A DNA stretch of 64,000 nt from Candidatus Latescibacterota bacterium (GTDB lineage Bacteria; Latescibacterota; UBA2968; UBA8231): assembly GCA_965197905.1 (NCBI GenBank), contig CBDAOB010000005.1, positions 128,001-192,000 on the forward strand, read 5' to 3'. The notes beneath the pieces are model-generated. The model made no database searches. It saw nothing but the letters and a program-made list of their open reading frames with translations, and was not told where the DNA came from. The translations under genes were made by a program, and so were the position numbers. Below are positions 19,572 through 29,327 of this stretch, one piece after another; the first letter of the stretch is position 1, and each line of letters starts with the position of its first letter.

Positions 19572-21593
19572 GTGACACACCTGAGAATCAGGACCAAGAT
19601 CTTCCTCGGCACGATAATTGTATCCCTGTGTTTTATCGTATTTACCCTGTTCGCAACGAATCGTCTGATGAGCAGCATATCGGACGATCAAGCCGTGCAC
19701 AACCTTCGCATCGGGAAGAGGGCTTACGATCGATTCACCAGCTTGCGTCGCAACCTGATTGCCACCGAGGCCAGATCGCTGGCTCAGGCGCCTCATCTTC
19801 GAGCGGTTATGAACATTCCTAATGTCGATCACCAAACAGTCTGGTACACCGCGAGCCAGTTGTTTGAGGTCGTGGATGCCCCTTTGATTCTCCTGACTGA
19901 CGCTTCCGGGACGGTGTTGGCAAACACGGCCGACTCCACATCCCATGGACGGGACCTCAGTTCGCAAGAATGCGTCGAGGGAGCACTCAGGGGCGCAGAG
20001 CACAGCAGCATCTGGTACTATGCCGGCTCTCTGTTTCGAATCGTTGCGGTTCCGGTTACACTGGGGGAACAGATTCTGGGGACGCTTGTGCTCGGAGAAC
20101 GACTGGACGACGCCCATGCTCGCGAAATCAGAGAATTCACCGGTCGGGACGCGATGATCCTGCACGACGGCGAACTGGTCTGCTGGTCGACCGAGGATTC
20201 GATGGCCGAGCGGGCGACCGAGGAGGAGGTTGCGTTACTTCACGGTCAGATCGCGGCCTCCCACGACGCGTCGCCGATTACGAGCGAACTCGGAGGCAGG
20301 CGATCACTCGTAGCGATATCAAACATGTCAGACTCGAGCGCCCACATTGTGCTGTTTCAGGGTTTGCCGGAACTGGAAGGCGGTATTGCGGCCGTGCGGA
20401 ATTCGATCCTCGCTTCGGGTGTGCTGAGCATCATTCTCGCCGTCGTCCTCAGCATCTGGGTATCGTTCCGGATCAGTAAACCGATCCATCAGCTCAAGAA
20501 TGCGGCGGAACTCCTAGGACACGGACAGTTGAGGGACCGCGTTGCCATCAACTCGCAAGATGAGTTGGGCCACCTCGCCAGCACGTTCAACGCCATGGCC
20601 GATCGTCTTCAAGCGGCCTACAAAGAGCTCGAGTGTGCAAATCGCGACCTGGAGCGGCGCGTTGAAGAACGTACCGGCAGTCTTCGTCAGGAAATCGAGG
20701 ATCACAAAAGAACCGACGAAGAACGGCAAAAAGCAGAGGAGGAGCTCGCTCTCCAGAGGACGCTCGCCGCCAGGTCCGACAGACTGCGCTCACTAGGCGA
20801 GATGGCTGCCGGGATAGCCCACGAACTGAATCAACCTCTCGTCGGGGTCCGAGGACTTGCCGAGTACATCCTGATCGGGAACGAAAAGGGCTGGGACGTA
20901 TCCGGATCGCAGCTTAACGACCGACTGTCGCGCATCATCAAGGAAGCCGACCGCATGACCCACATTATCGAGCACGTGCGGATGTTCGCCCGGGAAGCGG
21001 GCAAGCCGGAGGTGTCGGATGTGTCCGCTAACGATGTCGTCCAGTCGAGTGTTGGCATGCTCGCCGCTCAGTTCCGTTCACTCGGGATCGATCTCAGAAC
21101 CTCCCTGGCTGAAGGATTACCTGTGATTCCGGTCAACGCGTTCTCGCTTGAAGAGGTCTTTCTGAACTTGCTGAGTAATGCACGTGATGCTCTCGAGGTT
21201 GTCCCCGAAGCGATAGCCGGAGGCCGATCAGTTGACATTTCGACCGCCCTGAATTCGTCGAACGGGGCACGTGGTGTCACAGTTACCGTTCGCGACAACG
21301 GCGTAGGGATTGATGCAGCTAATCTGGAGCGGGTGTTGGATCCTTTCTTTACGACCAAAGATCCCGATAAGGGAACGGGCCTCGGATTGACGATCTGCAA
21401 ATCGATCATCGAAGGATTTGGAGGCTCGTTCGAGCTGGCTTCGGAGCAAGGTGTGGGCACCGAGGTGCGGATTTGTCTTCCCTCACGAACGGCCGTGCAA
21501 CACGCCGCGAATCCCGGTCCTACCGATGGTCCGCCAACGAATGATCCGTTAGGCTCGCATCGATCTCTACCCCAGGGTGACCGCCATGATTGA
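19572..21593 (+). CDS. Sensor histidine kinase (Cache-like periplasmic domain-HAMP-HK)
   Basis: Two TM segments, QDELGHLASTFNAM HAMP, AHELNQP, G boxes. Confidence 0.92.
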   Translation: MTHLRIRTKIFLGTIIVSLCFIVFTLFATNRLMSSISDDQAVHNLRIGKRAYDRFTSLRRNLIATEARSLAQAPHLRAVMNIPNVDHQTVWYTASQLFEVVDAPLILLTDASGTVLANTADSTSHGRDLSSQECVEGALRGAEHSSIWYYAGSLFRIVAVPVTLGEQILGTLVLGERLDDAHAREIREFTGRDAMILHDGELVCWSTEDSMAERATEEEVALLHGQIAASHDASPITSELGGRRSLVAISNMSDSSAHIVLFQGLPELEGGIAAVRNSILASGVLSIILAVVLSIWVSFRISKPIHQLKNAAELLGHGQLRDRVAINSQDELGHLASTFNAMADRLQAAYKELECANRDLERRVEERTGSLRQEIEDHKRTDEERQKAEEELALQRTLAARSDRLRSLGEMAAGIAHELNQPLVGVRGLAEYILIGNEKGWDVSGSQLNDRLSRIIKEADRMTHIIEHVRMFAREAGKPEVSDVSANDVVQSSVGMLAAQFRSLGIDLRTSLAEGLPVIPVNAFSLEEVFLNLLSNARDALEVVPEAIAGGRSVDISTALNSSNGARGVTVTVRDNGVGIDAANLERVLDPFFTTKDPDKGTGLGLTICKSIIEGFGGSFELASEQGVGTEVRICLPSRTAVQHAANPGPTDGPPTNDPLGSHRSLPQGDRHD

Positions 21594-21990
21594 AGAGATG
21601 AGAATATTGGTTGCTGATGACGAGCTCAAACTACGGGAGTTCTACCGCAATGCCGCCTACATCAGTGGCTTTTCGCAGGTAGATACCGTCTCTTCAGGAG
21701 AAGAGGCTTTGACGTGCGCCATACGCAACAGATACGACCTGATAGTGCTGGATATCGCCATGCCAGGAGCTGGTGGACTTGAGATCATATCCTTGGTTAG
21801 GAATCTGACCTATCACGCCGTAATCGCAATTATCTCGGGAAGGATTCCAGCTACGATCCCGTCGGAAGCTAGAGATTGCGCCGACGCAATCATGGAGAAA
21901 CCGATAACCATCGAAATGTTTCGACATTTGTTGCAATCAGCAGCCCAAGTCAGACATATCCTTGAGGGCGTCAGAAGATTGGAGGGTTGA
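21586..21990 (+). CDS. Single-domain response regulator
   Basis: RILVADDE, VLDIAMPG, IISG, EKP. Confidence 0.88.
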   Translation: MIEEMRILVADDELKLREFYRNAAYISGFSQVDTVSSGEEALTCAIRNRYDLIVLDIAMPGAGGLEIISLVRNLTYHAVIAIISGRIPATIPSEARDCADAIMEKPITIEMFRHLLQSAAQVRHILEGVRRLEG

Positions 21991-22055
21991 TGTTGCTTGC
22001 AAACATCAGGTATATCGAGCGCCGAGGAATCGGCCTCGCACAGGAATCATAGCCG

Positions 22056-23162
22056 ATGTTCCGACAATTCGAGTCTCGCGGAGTTGACACGAAAAGAAGA
22101 GCTAGGTCGGGCGGCCCCAGGAACAAAGAGCTAATCGGCGAGGAGCTGATCAAGGGCAATATTACCGGTAACTCAACTATTCGGGGACCGAACTCTCTCC
22201 TCGTACAGGGATCCATAATTGGCACAGTCGACGAGCCCTGCAAGGTCAAGATAGACGGCGACTTGACCGTATCGGGTTCTATGCTCAATGCAGATATCCG
22301 TGCGCGTCGCGTTCATGTTGGGGCTTCCGTGAAGGGCTGTAGCATCCTTGCTGCCGGAAGGATCGAAATCAAAGGAGACACAACAGATGTCAAGGCCACG
22401 TTGTCAACCTTTGAATCACATCAGTACAAACTTGAGGAATTGCAATCGGTCATATTGCGAGCCAAGGAGGAGCTTATTGATCTCCGCCAGGCGTACAAAC
22501 AGTGCGGAAAACAGCTCAGTAAGCGCTGTCGGGCACCCCGAGCTGGAATAAATCTCAATATCGGCGGGCTATTGCGAGAACGCCGTGGATGCATAGAAGT
22601 GGATCTCAGTGTAGTGTACAACGCTTTAAAGGAACTGACAGTGCGGGAATTGGAGACGGCACTAACATCGTTCTTTAGCAAGGGAATTATCGGGTTTCTC
22701 GCCAAATCAAATCGGGAGTTCATTTCCAGGGGGCCCGCCCAGGAGAAAACCTTCCTGCGAGTAATTGGCGGATTGGCCACACTATTTGCTCAGGCTCGAG
22801 CGGTCGATCGCAAAGCCGAGGAGATCGAAAATTGCGGGCGCCAACTCGACGAAATGATCGACGAATTGACGGCCGATGAATCCGAACTCGCCATAGCAGG
22901 ACAGTTGAACCCGAATGTCACCGTCGAGTTCTTGCTCCCTTCTGCTCGAATGGGGCCAAATGGCGAACTAGAAATCAAGTACGACTCTGCGAGTTGGGCC
23001 ATTCGATCGGTCAAAAAGAACGGCGAATGGGAACTGGCGAAACGAAGTATCCACGAGGACTCTCTGATTATCTGCGGCGCCGAAGATTGGCGCAATGTCT
23101 CACTAAGGGTTTGCGAAAACAGGATCGTCATGGATTCGAACCACATAGATTCTTCCGATTGA
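22056..23162 (+). CDS. Beta-solenoid plus coiled-coil protein, FapA/DUF342-like
   Basis: IxGxI/V repeats (IDGDLTVSGSM, AAGRIEIKGD) followed by a coiled coil. Confidence 0.5.
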   Translation: MFRQFESRGVDTKRRARSGGPRNKELIGEELIKGNITGNSTIRGPNSLLVQGSIIGTVDEPCKVKIDGDLTVSGSMLNADIRARRVHVGASVKGCSILAAGRIEIKGDTTDVKATLSTFESHQYKLEELQSVILRAKEELIDLRQAYKQCGKQLSKRCRAPRAGINLNIGGLLRERRGCIEVDLSVVYNALKELTVRELETALTSFFSKGIIGFLAKSNREFISRGPAQEKTFLRVIGGLATLFAQARAVDRKAEEIENCGRQLDEMIDELTADESELAIAGQLNPNVTVEFLLPSARMGPNGELEIKYDSASWAIRSVKKNGEWELAKRSIHEDSLIICGAEDWRNVSLRVCENRIVMDSNHIDSSD

Positions 23163-23226
23163 TGCTCGGGAGAGTGCGGGTCGCTTCCTCCGCCCTCGAA
23201 TCTGGTTCTTTCGGAGATTTCATAAC

Positions 23227-24696
23227 ATGACATCGGTCTCGATGTTGCGCACAATCCTGGAGCGCTGTGGAGTCGTTCTGACTACCATTCTGGTCAGTGC
23301 CACGTGTATCCTGCTGACCATTCTCATTTCCGTTGGAGCGCTGTTGTTGACAGGCAATCAAGACTGGGGCCTCATCCTGCTCTTGTCAGTCGTCTGCCCA
23401 GCCTGCATAGCGCCTCCGATCGCCTATTCCTATAGCAGAGTGTTGCACCAACTCGAAGCCAGTCAAACCAACCTGCAGCGCGAGTTGGAGGCACGTGACC
23501 GCGCGAGCGAGCTAGCGCTGGAACTAGAGATCCAATTTCGCCAGGTACTGGAACACACCAGCGAAGCGTTTTTCATGGCGACTCCCACATTTCGTAAGTT
23601 CTACTATGTCAGTTCGGCGTATGAAACGATATGGGGCAGATCGATTGAATCGCTCTATGCCTCGCCGGCCAGTTTTCTGCGCAGTGTGTACAAGCACGAT
23701 CGAGCGAAGATTCTCAAGGAGGTGACGGCCGGTTTCCGCAATCAAGAGCACGAGTTCGAGTATCGTATAGTGCGTCCCGATGGCGAACTAAGGTGGATTC
23801 GATCCCGCTTGTTAGGTGTCGAAGGTTCGGGGGCAAATCGCCGGACGGTGGGATTTTCCGAAGACATAACGGAGCGCAAACAAGCGGAAGGGGAACTGGA
23901 GATCCAGCGCGCCCAAAGCATGCGGGCCGACCGCCTGCGATCACTGGGAGAGATGGCCGCCGGCATCGCCCACGAACTCAATCAGCCGTTGGTGGGCGTG
24001 AGAGGTCTGGCTGAACATAGCTTGATCGGCATGGACAGGGGTTGGCAGCCGGAAGACCCGACGAGCAGAGAGAGGTTTGGCAAGATTATCGAGCAAGTCG
24101 ATCGCATGGTGAACATCGTAGACCACGTTCGTCTCTTTGCGGGGGAAGCGGGAAAAGCGGAGAGTTCGACCGTAAACATCAATGAGGTCGTGCGCTCGAG
24201 TGTAGAATTGATCCGAACTCAGATGCAAACTCACGGAGTTTCGCTGGAGTGCAAGCTTGCCGATGGACTTCCGACGATCTCGGCGAATCCGTATTCACTG
24301 GAAGAGGTAGTGATCAATCTAATTAACAACGCGCGGGAGAGCATCGAGGACAGGAGAAGCAACAACGGCGACTCGTCCGGCGGACACGTGCGAATCTGCA
24401 CTAGATTCGATGGAGAGGCGGTTGGGAAGCGGGTTGAAGTCGTGGTGTCGGATGACGGTATCGGGATGCCGGTTCAGGTTCTGGAACGCGCCTTCGATCC
24501 CTTCTTTACAACCAAACCTCCCGACAAAGGTACCGGTCTTGGGCTCTCCGTGTCGCGCTCAATCGTCGAGCAGTTCGGTGGAGAGATCGAGTTGAGATCC
24601 AACGGTGTGGGTGGCGGCGCCACGGTCCGATTCTCAATTCCGGTCGGCGTCGCTGAAAGCGGTGTCGGACCAACCACGCCAGGTAGGCCGCGATGA
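23227..24696 (+). CDS. Membrane PAS histidine kinase
   Basis: Two TM segments, YVSSAYETIWG...EYRIVRPDGELRWI PAS, AHELNQP. Confidence 0.92.
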   Translation: MTSVSMLRTILERCGVVLTTILVSATCILLTILISVGALLLTGNQDWGLILLLSVVCPACIAPPIAYSYSRVLHQLEASQTNLQRELEARDRASELALELEIQFRQVLEHTSEAFFMATPTFRKFYYVSSAYETIWGRSIESLYASPASFLRSVYKHDRAKILKEVTAGFRNQEHEFEYRIVRPDGELRWIRSRLLGVEGSGANRRTVGFSEDITERKQAEGELEIQRAQSMRADRLRSLGEMAAGIAHELNQPLVGVRGLAEHSLIGMDRGWQPEDPTSRERFGKIIEQVDRMVNIVDHVRLFAGEAGKAESSTVNINEVVRSSVELIRTQMQTHGVSLECKLADGLPTISANPYSLEEVVINLINNARESIEDRRSNNGDSSGGHVRICTRFDGEAVGKRVEVVVSDDGIGMPVQVLERAFDPFFTTKPPDKGTGLGLSVSRSIVEQFGGEIELRSNGVGGGATVRFSIPVGVAESGVGPTTPGRPR

Positions 24697-26183
24697 ATCT
24701 ACTCCTGATTCTGGCCGATCAGTTTCGTGCCGACTGTCTGAGACACCTGGGCAATGAGGTAATTCAGACCCCGAACCTGGACCGGCTTGCCTCCGAGGGT
24801 GTCTCCTTCACACACTGCTTCAACCAGACGGCCCCATGCGGTCCCAGCAGGATGTGCATCTATACGAGCCGGTATCTGTGTTCGACGCGGGTTGTACACA
24901 ACGGCACCCCTTTGCTGGACGCCGAGGACAACCTCGCTTTCATCCTCCGGGAGGCCGGTTACGACCCGGGACTCATTGGCTACAATACCTATACCATCGA
25001 TCCGGCCGTGTTACCCAAAGACGATGCCCGACAGACCAGCTTGAGTCAGGACAACTGCCTGCCGGGGTTCGAACGGGTGCATTACCACGTGAAGGACAGC
25101 CCAGAGTACTTCCAGTGGCTCGGTGAGCAGGGCTACCCCAAGGAGTTGCTGAACCACGACGCCATTCATTCGCCGAACGTGCCGGAGGGGGGACCAGGCG
25201 AGCATCTGCCGCAGCATTTCCCGGCTCGCTACCGCAAAGAGCACAGCGAGTGCCGCTACGTAACCGAGCGGGCCATCGAGTACGTACGCGACCGCAAGCC
25301 GGCCCCCGGAGACAAGGGATGGGTGCTGAGTCTCAACTACAACAAACCGCACCCGCCGAATATCTGCTGCGAGCCCTACTGCGACATGTATGATCCGGGG
25401 GACATGCCGCCGGCGGCGCGCTCAGCGGAAGAGCTGTCTCCGACTCATCCGTATCTGCGCAACCTGGTGCCAGAGCATCTGCAGGATGAGCTGCACTTGC
25501 AGGAGTACCGGGCCTGCTACTATGGCATGATCACCGAGGTAGACGAAAACTTGGGCCTGCTGTTCGAGGCGCTCGAGGAGAGCGGGCAGTGGGATGATAC
25601 GTTGATCATTTTCTCATCGGACCACGGTGAGCATCTGGGTGATCACTATCTGTTGTCAAAGGGCCAGTTTTTCGACGGTGGCATGCGCATCCCGTATATC
25701 ATCAAAGATCCGTCGCCCGAAGCGGATGTCACCCGTGGCCAGATTCTGCCCCATTTCGTGGAGTCCATCGATTCCGCTCCAACATTGATCGAAGCTCTGG
25801 GCGAGCAGATTCCCGATCGCTTTCAGGGACGCAGTCTTTTGGGGCTGCTGCGCAATGACCGGGAGTATGAACCCCGCGAGGATATTCATTACGAGTTCGA
25901 CTACCGGGGCCGCCGTTGGGCCGGAGAGAATCCGGATCCGGACCTCCACATTCTCTGGGTCGTGCGAGACCGGGAGTTCAAATACATCTATTTCGCCGAC
26001 CCGGAGTTTCCGCCCATCCTCTTCGATCTGAGGTCCGATCCCGACGAGTTGAACAACGTTGCAGGACTGGCAGAGTACGCCGCCATCGAGCTGAGCTGCT
26101 GCCAGAAGCTGTTGCGCTGGCGCATGTACAACGAAGATCAGCGCATGGAACACTGGGCACAGCCGCTCCGCGAAGCGGATTAG
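24693..26183 (+). CDS. Sulfatase-family hydrolase, phosphonate monoester hydrolase-like
   Basis: ADQFR, CGPSR (CxPxR), GYDPGLIGY, SDHGEHLGDH. Confidence 0.85.
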   Translation: MNLLLILADQFRADCLRHLGNEVIQTPNLDRLASEGVSFTHCFNQTAPCGPSRMCIYTSRYLCSTRVVHNGTPLLDAEDNLAFILREAGYDPGLIGYNTYTIDPAVLPKDDARQTSLSQDNCLPGFERVHYHVKDSPEYFQWLGEQGYPKELLNHDAIHSPNVPEGGPGEHLPQHFPARYRKEHSECRYVTERAIEYVRDRKPAPGDKGWVLSLNYNKPHPPNICCEPYCDMYDPGDMPPAARSAEELSPTHPYLRNLVPEHLQDELHLQEYRACYYGMITEVDENLGLLFEALEESGQWDDTLIIFSSDHGEHLGDHYLLSKGQFFDGGMRIPYIIKDPSPEADVTRGQILPHFVESIDSAPTLIEALGEQIPDRFQGRSLLGLLRNDREYEPREDIHYEFDYRGRRWAGENPDPDLHILWVVRDREFKYIYFADPEFPPILFDLRSDPDELNNVAGLAEYAAIELSCCQKLLRWRMYNEDQRMEHWAQPLREAD

Positions 26184-26292
26184 CTGTTAATGCAAAGAAG
26201 CGCAGACGGGCGCACCGCTTGCGTAGCCGACAACACCGCCGCCGATTATGCAGACATCGAACTCCGACATTCGGTGCCCACTCTCGGGTTCG

Positions 26293-27156
26293 TTACTTGG
26301 TAAAAACCTTGTCTTCGAGGAGCCCCTGGAGTTCAAAGATGCCGCGGCCGGATCGAGGATCGGCGGGATTACGCATACGAACGGTCAGCGATTCAAGGCG
26401 GACGTTTTGTGTGGGTTCCCCACGGAGAGTGTTGGCGTTGAGGGCGTCCCAGTCTTTGGCACCGGGGAGGGACCATGCGTCCGTAGCGGCATACTCGTAG
26501 ATAAGGAGCCGGCGGGAGCTGCTCGAGTTGTTGGCGGCCGAACCGTGCAGGGTTCGGGTGTGATGGATCGAGATGTCGCCGGCCCTAAGTTCGAGGGGAA
26601 CGGCAGTGGAAAGGTCGATGCCGTCGCGCTGAGGACTGATGCCGCCGATGAAAAAGCCGTTCTGGTGATGATCGAGAACGGGTCCGGCATGGGAACCTGG
26701 AACGACCATCATACAGCCGGTTTCCTGTGTCATGTCCTCGAGGGCAATGCCGATGGCGCAGAGATCGCAGTTGGTGTGAGGATGATGGGCGAAGTCCTGG
26801 TGCCACTCCACAGGGGTGCCGCCGCTAGCCGGTTTGATGTTGACCTTGTTGCCCAGGGCGCGGATGTTGGGGCCGATGAGTGGGACAAGGCGGTCGAGGA
26901 TGCGGTCGGAACGCATCAGGGCGTCGAAGTGGGGATGGTAGCCAGAAGGGTTGCCGAGACGTCGGACCCTGGGATGTTCCGGAGTATGGTCGGGTTCGAG
27001 ATCGTAATGTCCCGAGCTCTCCGTGACTGTGCGGCTTTTTTCAATGAAATCGTCAACGATGTCATTGGCTTCAGCCATTTCCTCAGCAGTGAAGATATTC
27101 GAGAGGGTGAGGTAGCCGTTTTCTCGGTAGAAGTCGATTTGATCCCGGGTGAGCAT
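26293..27156 (-). CDS. Phytanoyl-CoA dioxygenase (PhyH) family
   Basis: FYRENGYL, WHQD, VVPGSH, TLHGS..N. Confidence 0.92.
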   Translation of the reverse strand: MLTRDQIDFYRENGYLTLSNIFTAEEMAEANDIVDDFIEKSRTVTESSGHYDLEPDHTPEHPRVRRLGNPSGYHPHFDALMRSDRILDRLVPLIGPNIRALGNKVNIKPASGGTPVEWHQDFAHHPHTNCDLCAIGIALEDMTQETGCMMVVPGSHAGPVLDHHQNGFFIGGISPQRDGIDLSTAVPLELRAGDISIHHTRTLHGSAANNSSSSRRLLIYEYAATDAWSLPGAKDWDALNANTLRGEPTQNVRLESLTVRMRNPADPRSGRGIFELQGLLEDKVFTK

Positions 27157-27353
27157 AAAGGCTCCTGGGTGATGGGGTGTGACCGACAGGGATTTACTTG
27201 CTATGTGGTACTATAATCATATAGGGCCTTTTTGAGTGATGAGCAAGTCGTGACGTCGCTTTTTTCGTCCCTTGGAGCTCCTTCCGAATCTTCGTACCAT
27301 ACCGGCACGCGGTTGGGATTCACCGAATTCGGCCTCTAAATCGCCGGAATAAA

Positions 27354-28370
27354 ATGCCAGTGGGTGAGACAGGAAGAAGGCTCGTGCTCGTCGGGGGGGA
27401 CAGGGTGGAGCTTGAGTCCTTCGAGGTACCCGAGCCGGGCTCGGGTCAGGTGCTGGTTCGTGTGCATCGAAGTCAGATTAGCGCCGGCAGCGAGAAGAAC
27501 GTGATGGTAGAGGGACCGGGCACCGACGGGGGGCGTCCGATGGGATACACGACGGCGGGGCGTGTTCTGGCTGTCGGGTCCGGGGTGGACGATTTCAAGC
27601 CGGGCGACAGAGTACTTGCCTTTGGAAACCACGGGTCCCACTGGCTGACCGGCCAGGCGTCGAGTTCCGAGCTCCACGCGTCGATACAACCTATTGAACT
27701 TGATATCACCGATGAACAGGCCGCTTTTGCCGTGCTGGGGGATGTCTCCCTCCACGGTGTGCGACGCGCGCAGCTCCAGATTGACGAGCCGGTCGCCATT
27801 TTCGGACAGGGTGTGGTCGGGCAGCTCGTGACGGCTTTTTCCCGGCTTTCCGGGGCCTATCCGATTGTTGCGGTCGATCTGGCCGCAGAGCGCTTGCGCC
27901 TAAGCGGGGTAAGTGGCGCAACCCACACGATTGATGCCTCAAAGGAGGATGCGGTCGAGGCGGTTCGCGATCTTACCAACGGAGGCGCCCGGTGCGTTTT
28001 TCATGCGACCCGCGACCCCGAAGTCCTGGTGCCCTGCATGAAAGCCGCCGGCAGCCGGGCAAAGGTAATTCTGGTGGGAAGCCCGCCGGGAACCGTAGAG
28101 ATCGGCCTCCAGGTTGAACTGCTCCGCCGGGAACTGGATATCCGGGGCGTCTATGAGCAGGGCCTGGAAAACAACCCCCATCCCTACTGGCCGTGGACCC
28201 GCCAGCGCAACCGCAAAGCGATCATGAGACTTATCGCCTCCGGCGATCTCCAGGTGGATCCCTTCATTAGCCACGTGGCCAAACCGGAAGAGGCGAACGA
28301 TCTCTACCGTAAGATTCGGGCCGGTACAGCGGGGTGGATGAGCATCTTTTTTGATTGGGAATCAGGTTGA
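27354..28370 (+). CDS. Zinc-binding (MDR) alcohol dehydrogenase-like
   Basis: ISAGSE, GYTTAG, FGQGVVG. Confidence 0.88.
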   Translation: MPVGETGRRLVLVGGDRVELESFEVPEPGSGQVLVRVHRSQISAGSEKNVMVEGPGTDGGRPMGYTTAGRVLAVGSGVDDFKPGDRVLAFGNHGSHWLTGQASSSELHASIQPIELDITDEQAAFAVLGDVSLHGVRRAQLQIDEPVAIFGQGVVGQLVTAFSRLSGAYPIVAVDLAAERLRLSGVSGATHTIDASKEDAVEAVRDLTNGGARCVFHATRDPEVLVPCMKAAGSRAKVILVGSPPGTVEIGLQVELLRRELDIRGVYEQGLENNPHPYWPWTRQRNRKAIMRLIASGDLQVDPFISHVAKPEEANDLYRKIRAGTAGWMSIFFDWESG

Positions 28371-28486
28371 TACGTATGTGATATTGAGTCTGCGCGCGAT
28401 GGTACACAGAATCGCAACCTCCTAACGCGGAGTCTTGATCAATGCGAATGTTGAGGTGTCTACCAATCGGCTTCTACCCGTGAACC

Positions 28487-29254
28487 ATGTCGGACAACAC
28501 CAAATACCCCTTGCGCAGAGCCAATGGCTCGCCGGAACTGCGCACCCCTGACGACCTGCTGGGTGAGGCAGCGGGAGATCTCGAGCAGCTTCCGGGAAAA
28601 GGGAAACCTTTAAATCTCGATACCTATTTTAAGGTGGATGCGGAGCACAGAGTGGCCAATCAGCTCCTTAGCGACAACGGGCTTATCCCCGAACAACTTC
28701 GGAAGCGGCGAGAGATCGAGGTCCTCGGACAAAAGGCCGTTGAGCTCAGTAAGCGGGAGATGGGACATCTGGAGTCGCTCCGCTCCCAACTCGAAGTAGC
28801 GGCATCCAGTTTCGTCGGCCAATTCGGCAGCCGTAGCGATCTCGAGAAGGTTATAGGTATCGACCATTGGCTTTGGGAAATTTGGCAGATCGAGTCGGGC
28901 GATCCGCAGACCCATGCAGCTGTGGAAACGGGTCGTCGGTTGGAGAAGCTCATCACCGATTGCAACCGTAGGCGCGTGCGTTTTATCGCGGAGTACAAGA
29001 GCATTCTGGAACAAGCTCAAACGGCGATCCGGCAACTCAATGCCGAGACTGTTGTTTCACGCGACCTGCCGCAGCAGATCCAACTTCCTCTATTGGATTT
29101 GCACGCTCTCATGTCCGACTTGGTGGAGATTCCCCCGCAGTTGGATTCTCTGCCTCCGGAGTGGGAACAGCGTGTCGGCGAGCTTCACGAGTCCAGTGGC
29201 TCCAGGTCGCTCGGGCTCGTTCGATTGTGGCGGCGGGTGTGCAGCCGCAAATGA
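28487..29254 (+). CDS. DUF1992 (DNAJC28-like) domain protein
   Basis: GDLEQLPGKGKPLNL...ANQLLSDNGLIPE. Confidence 0.7.
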   Translation: MSDNTKYPLRRANGSPELRTPDDLLGEAAGDLEQLPGKGKPLNLDTYFKVDAEHRVANQLLSDNGLIPEQLRKRREIEVLGQKAVELSKREMGHLESLRSQLEVAASSFVGQFGSRSDLEKVIGIDHWLWEIWQIESGDPQTHAAVETGRRLEKLITDCNRRRVRFIAEYKSILEQAQTAIRQLNAETVVSRDLPQQIQLPLLDLHALMSDLVEIPPQLDSLPPEWEQRVGELHESSGSRSLGLVRLWRRVCSRK

Positions 29255-29327
29255 TGCCGGTCTGCAGTAAGACGCCTCTGGTGCGTGCAAAGGCCAGCCG
29301 GAATTTCGTTCGAAGCAGACTTGGCGT

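Noticed and set aside
26248..27216. 322 aa plus-strand ORF
   Set aside because: Antisense shadow of a clear PhyH gene; no motifs
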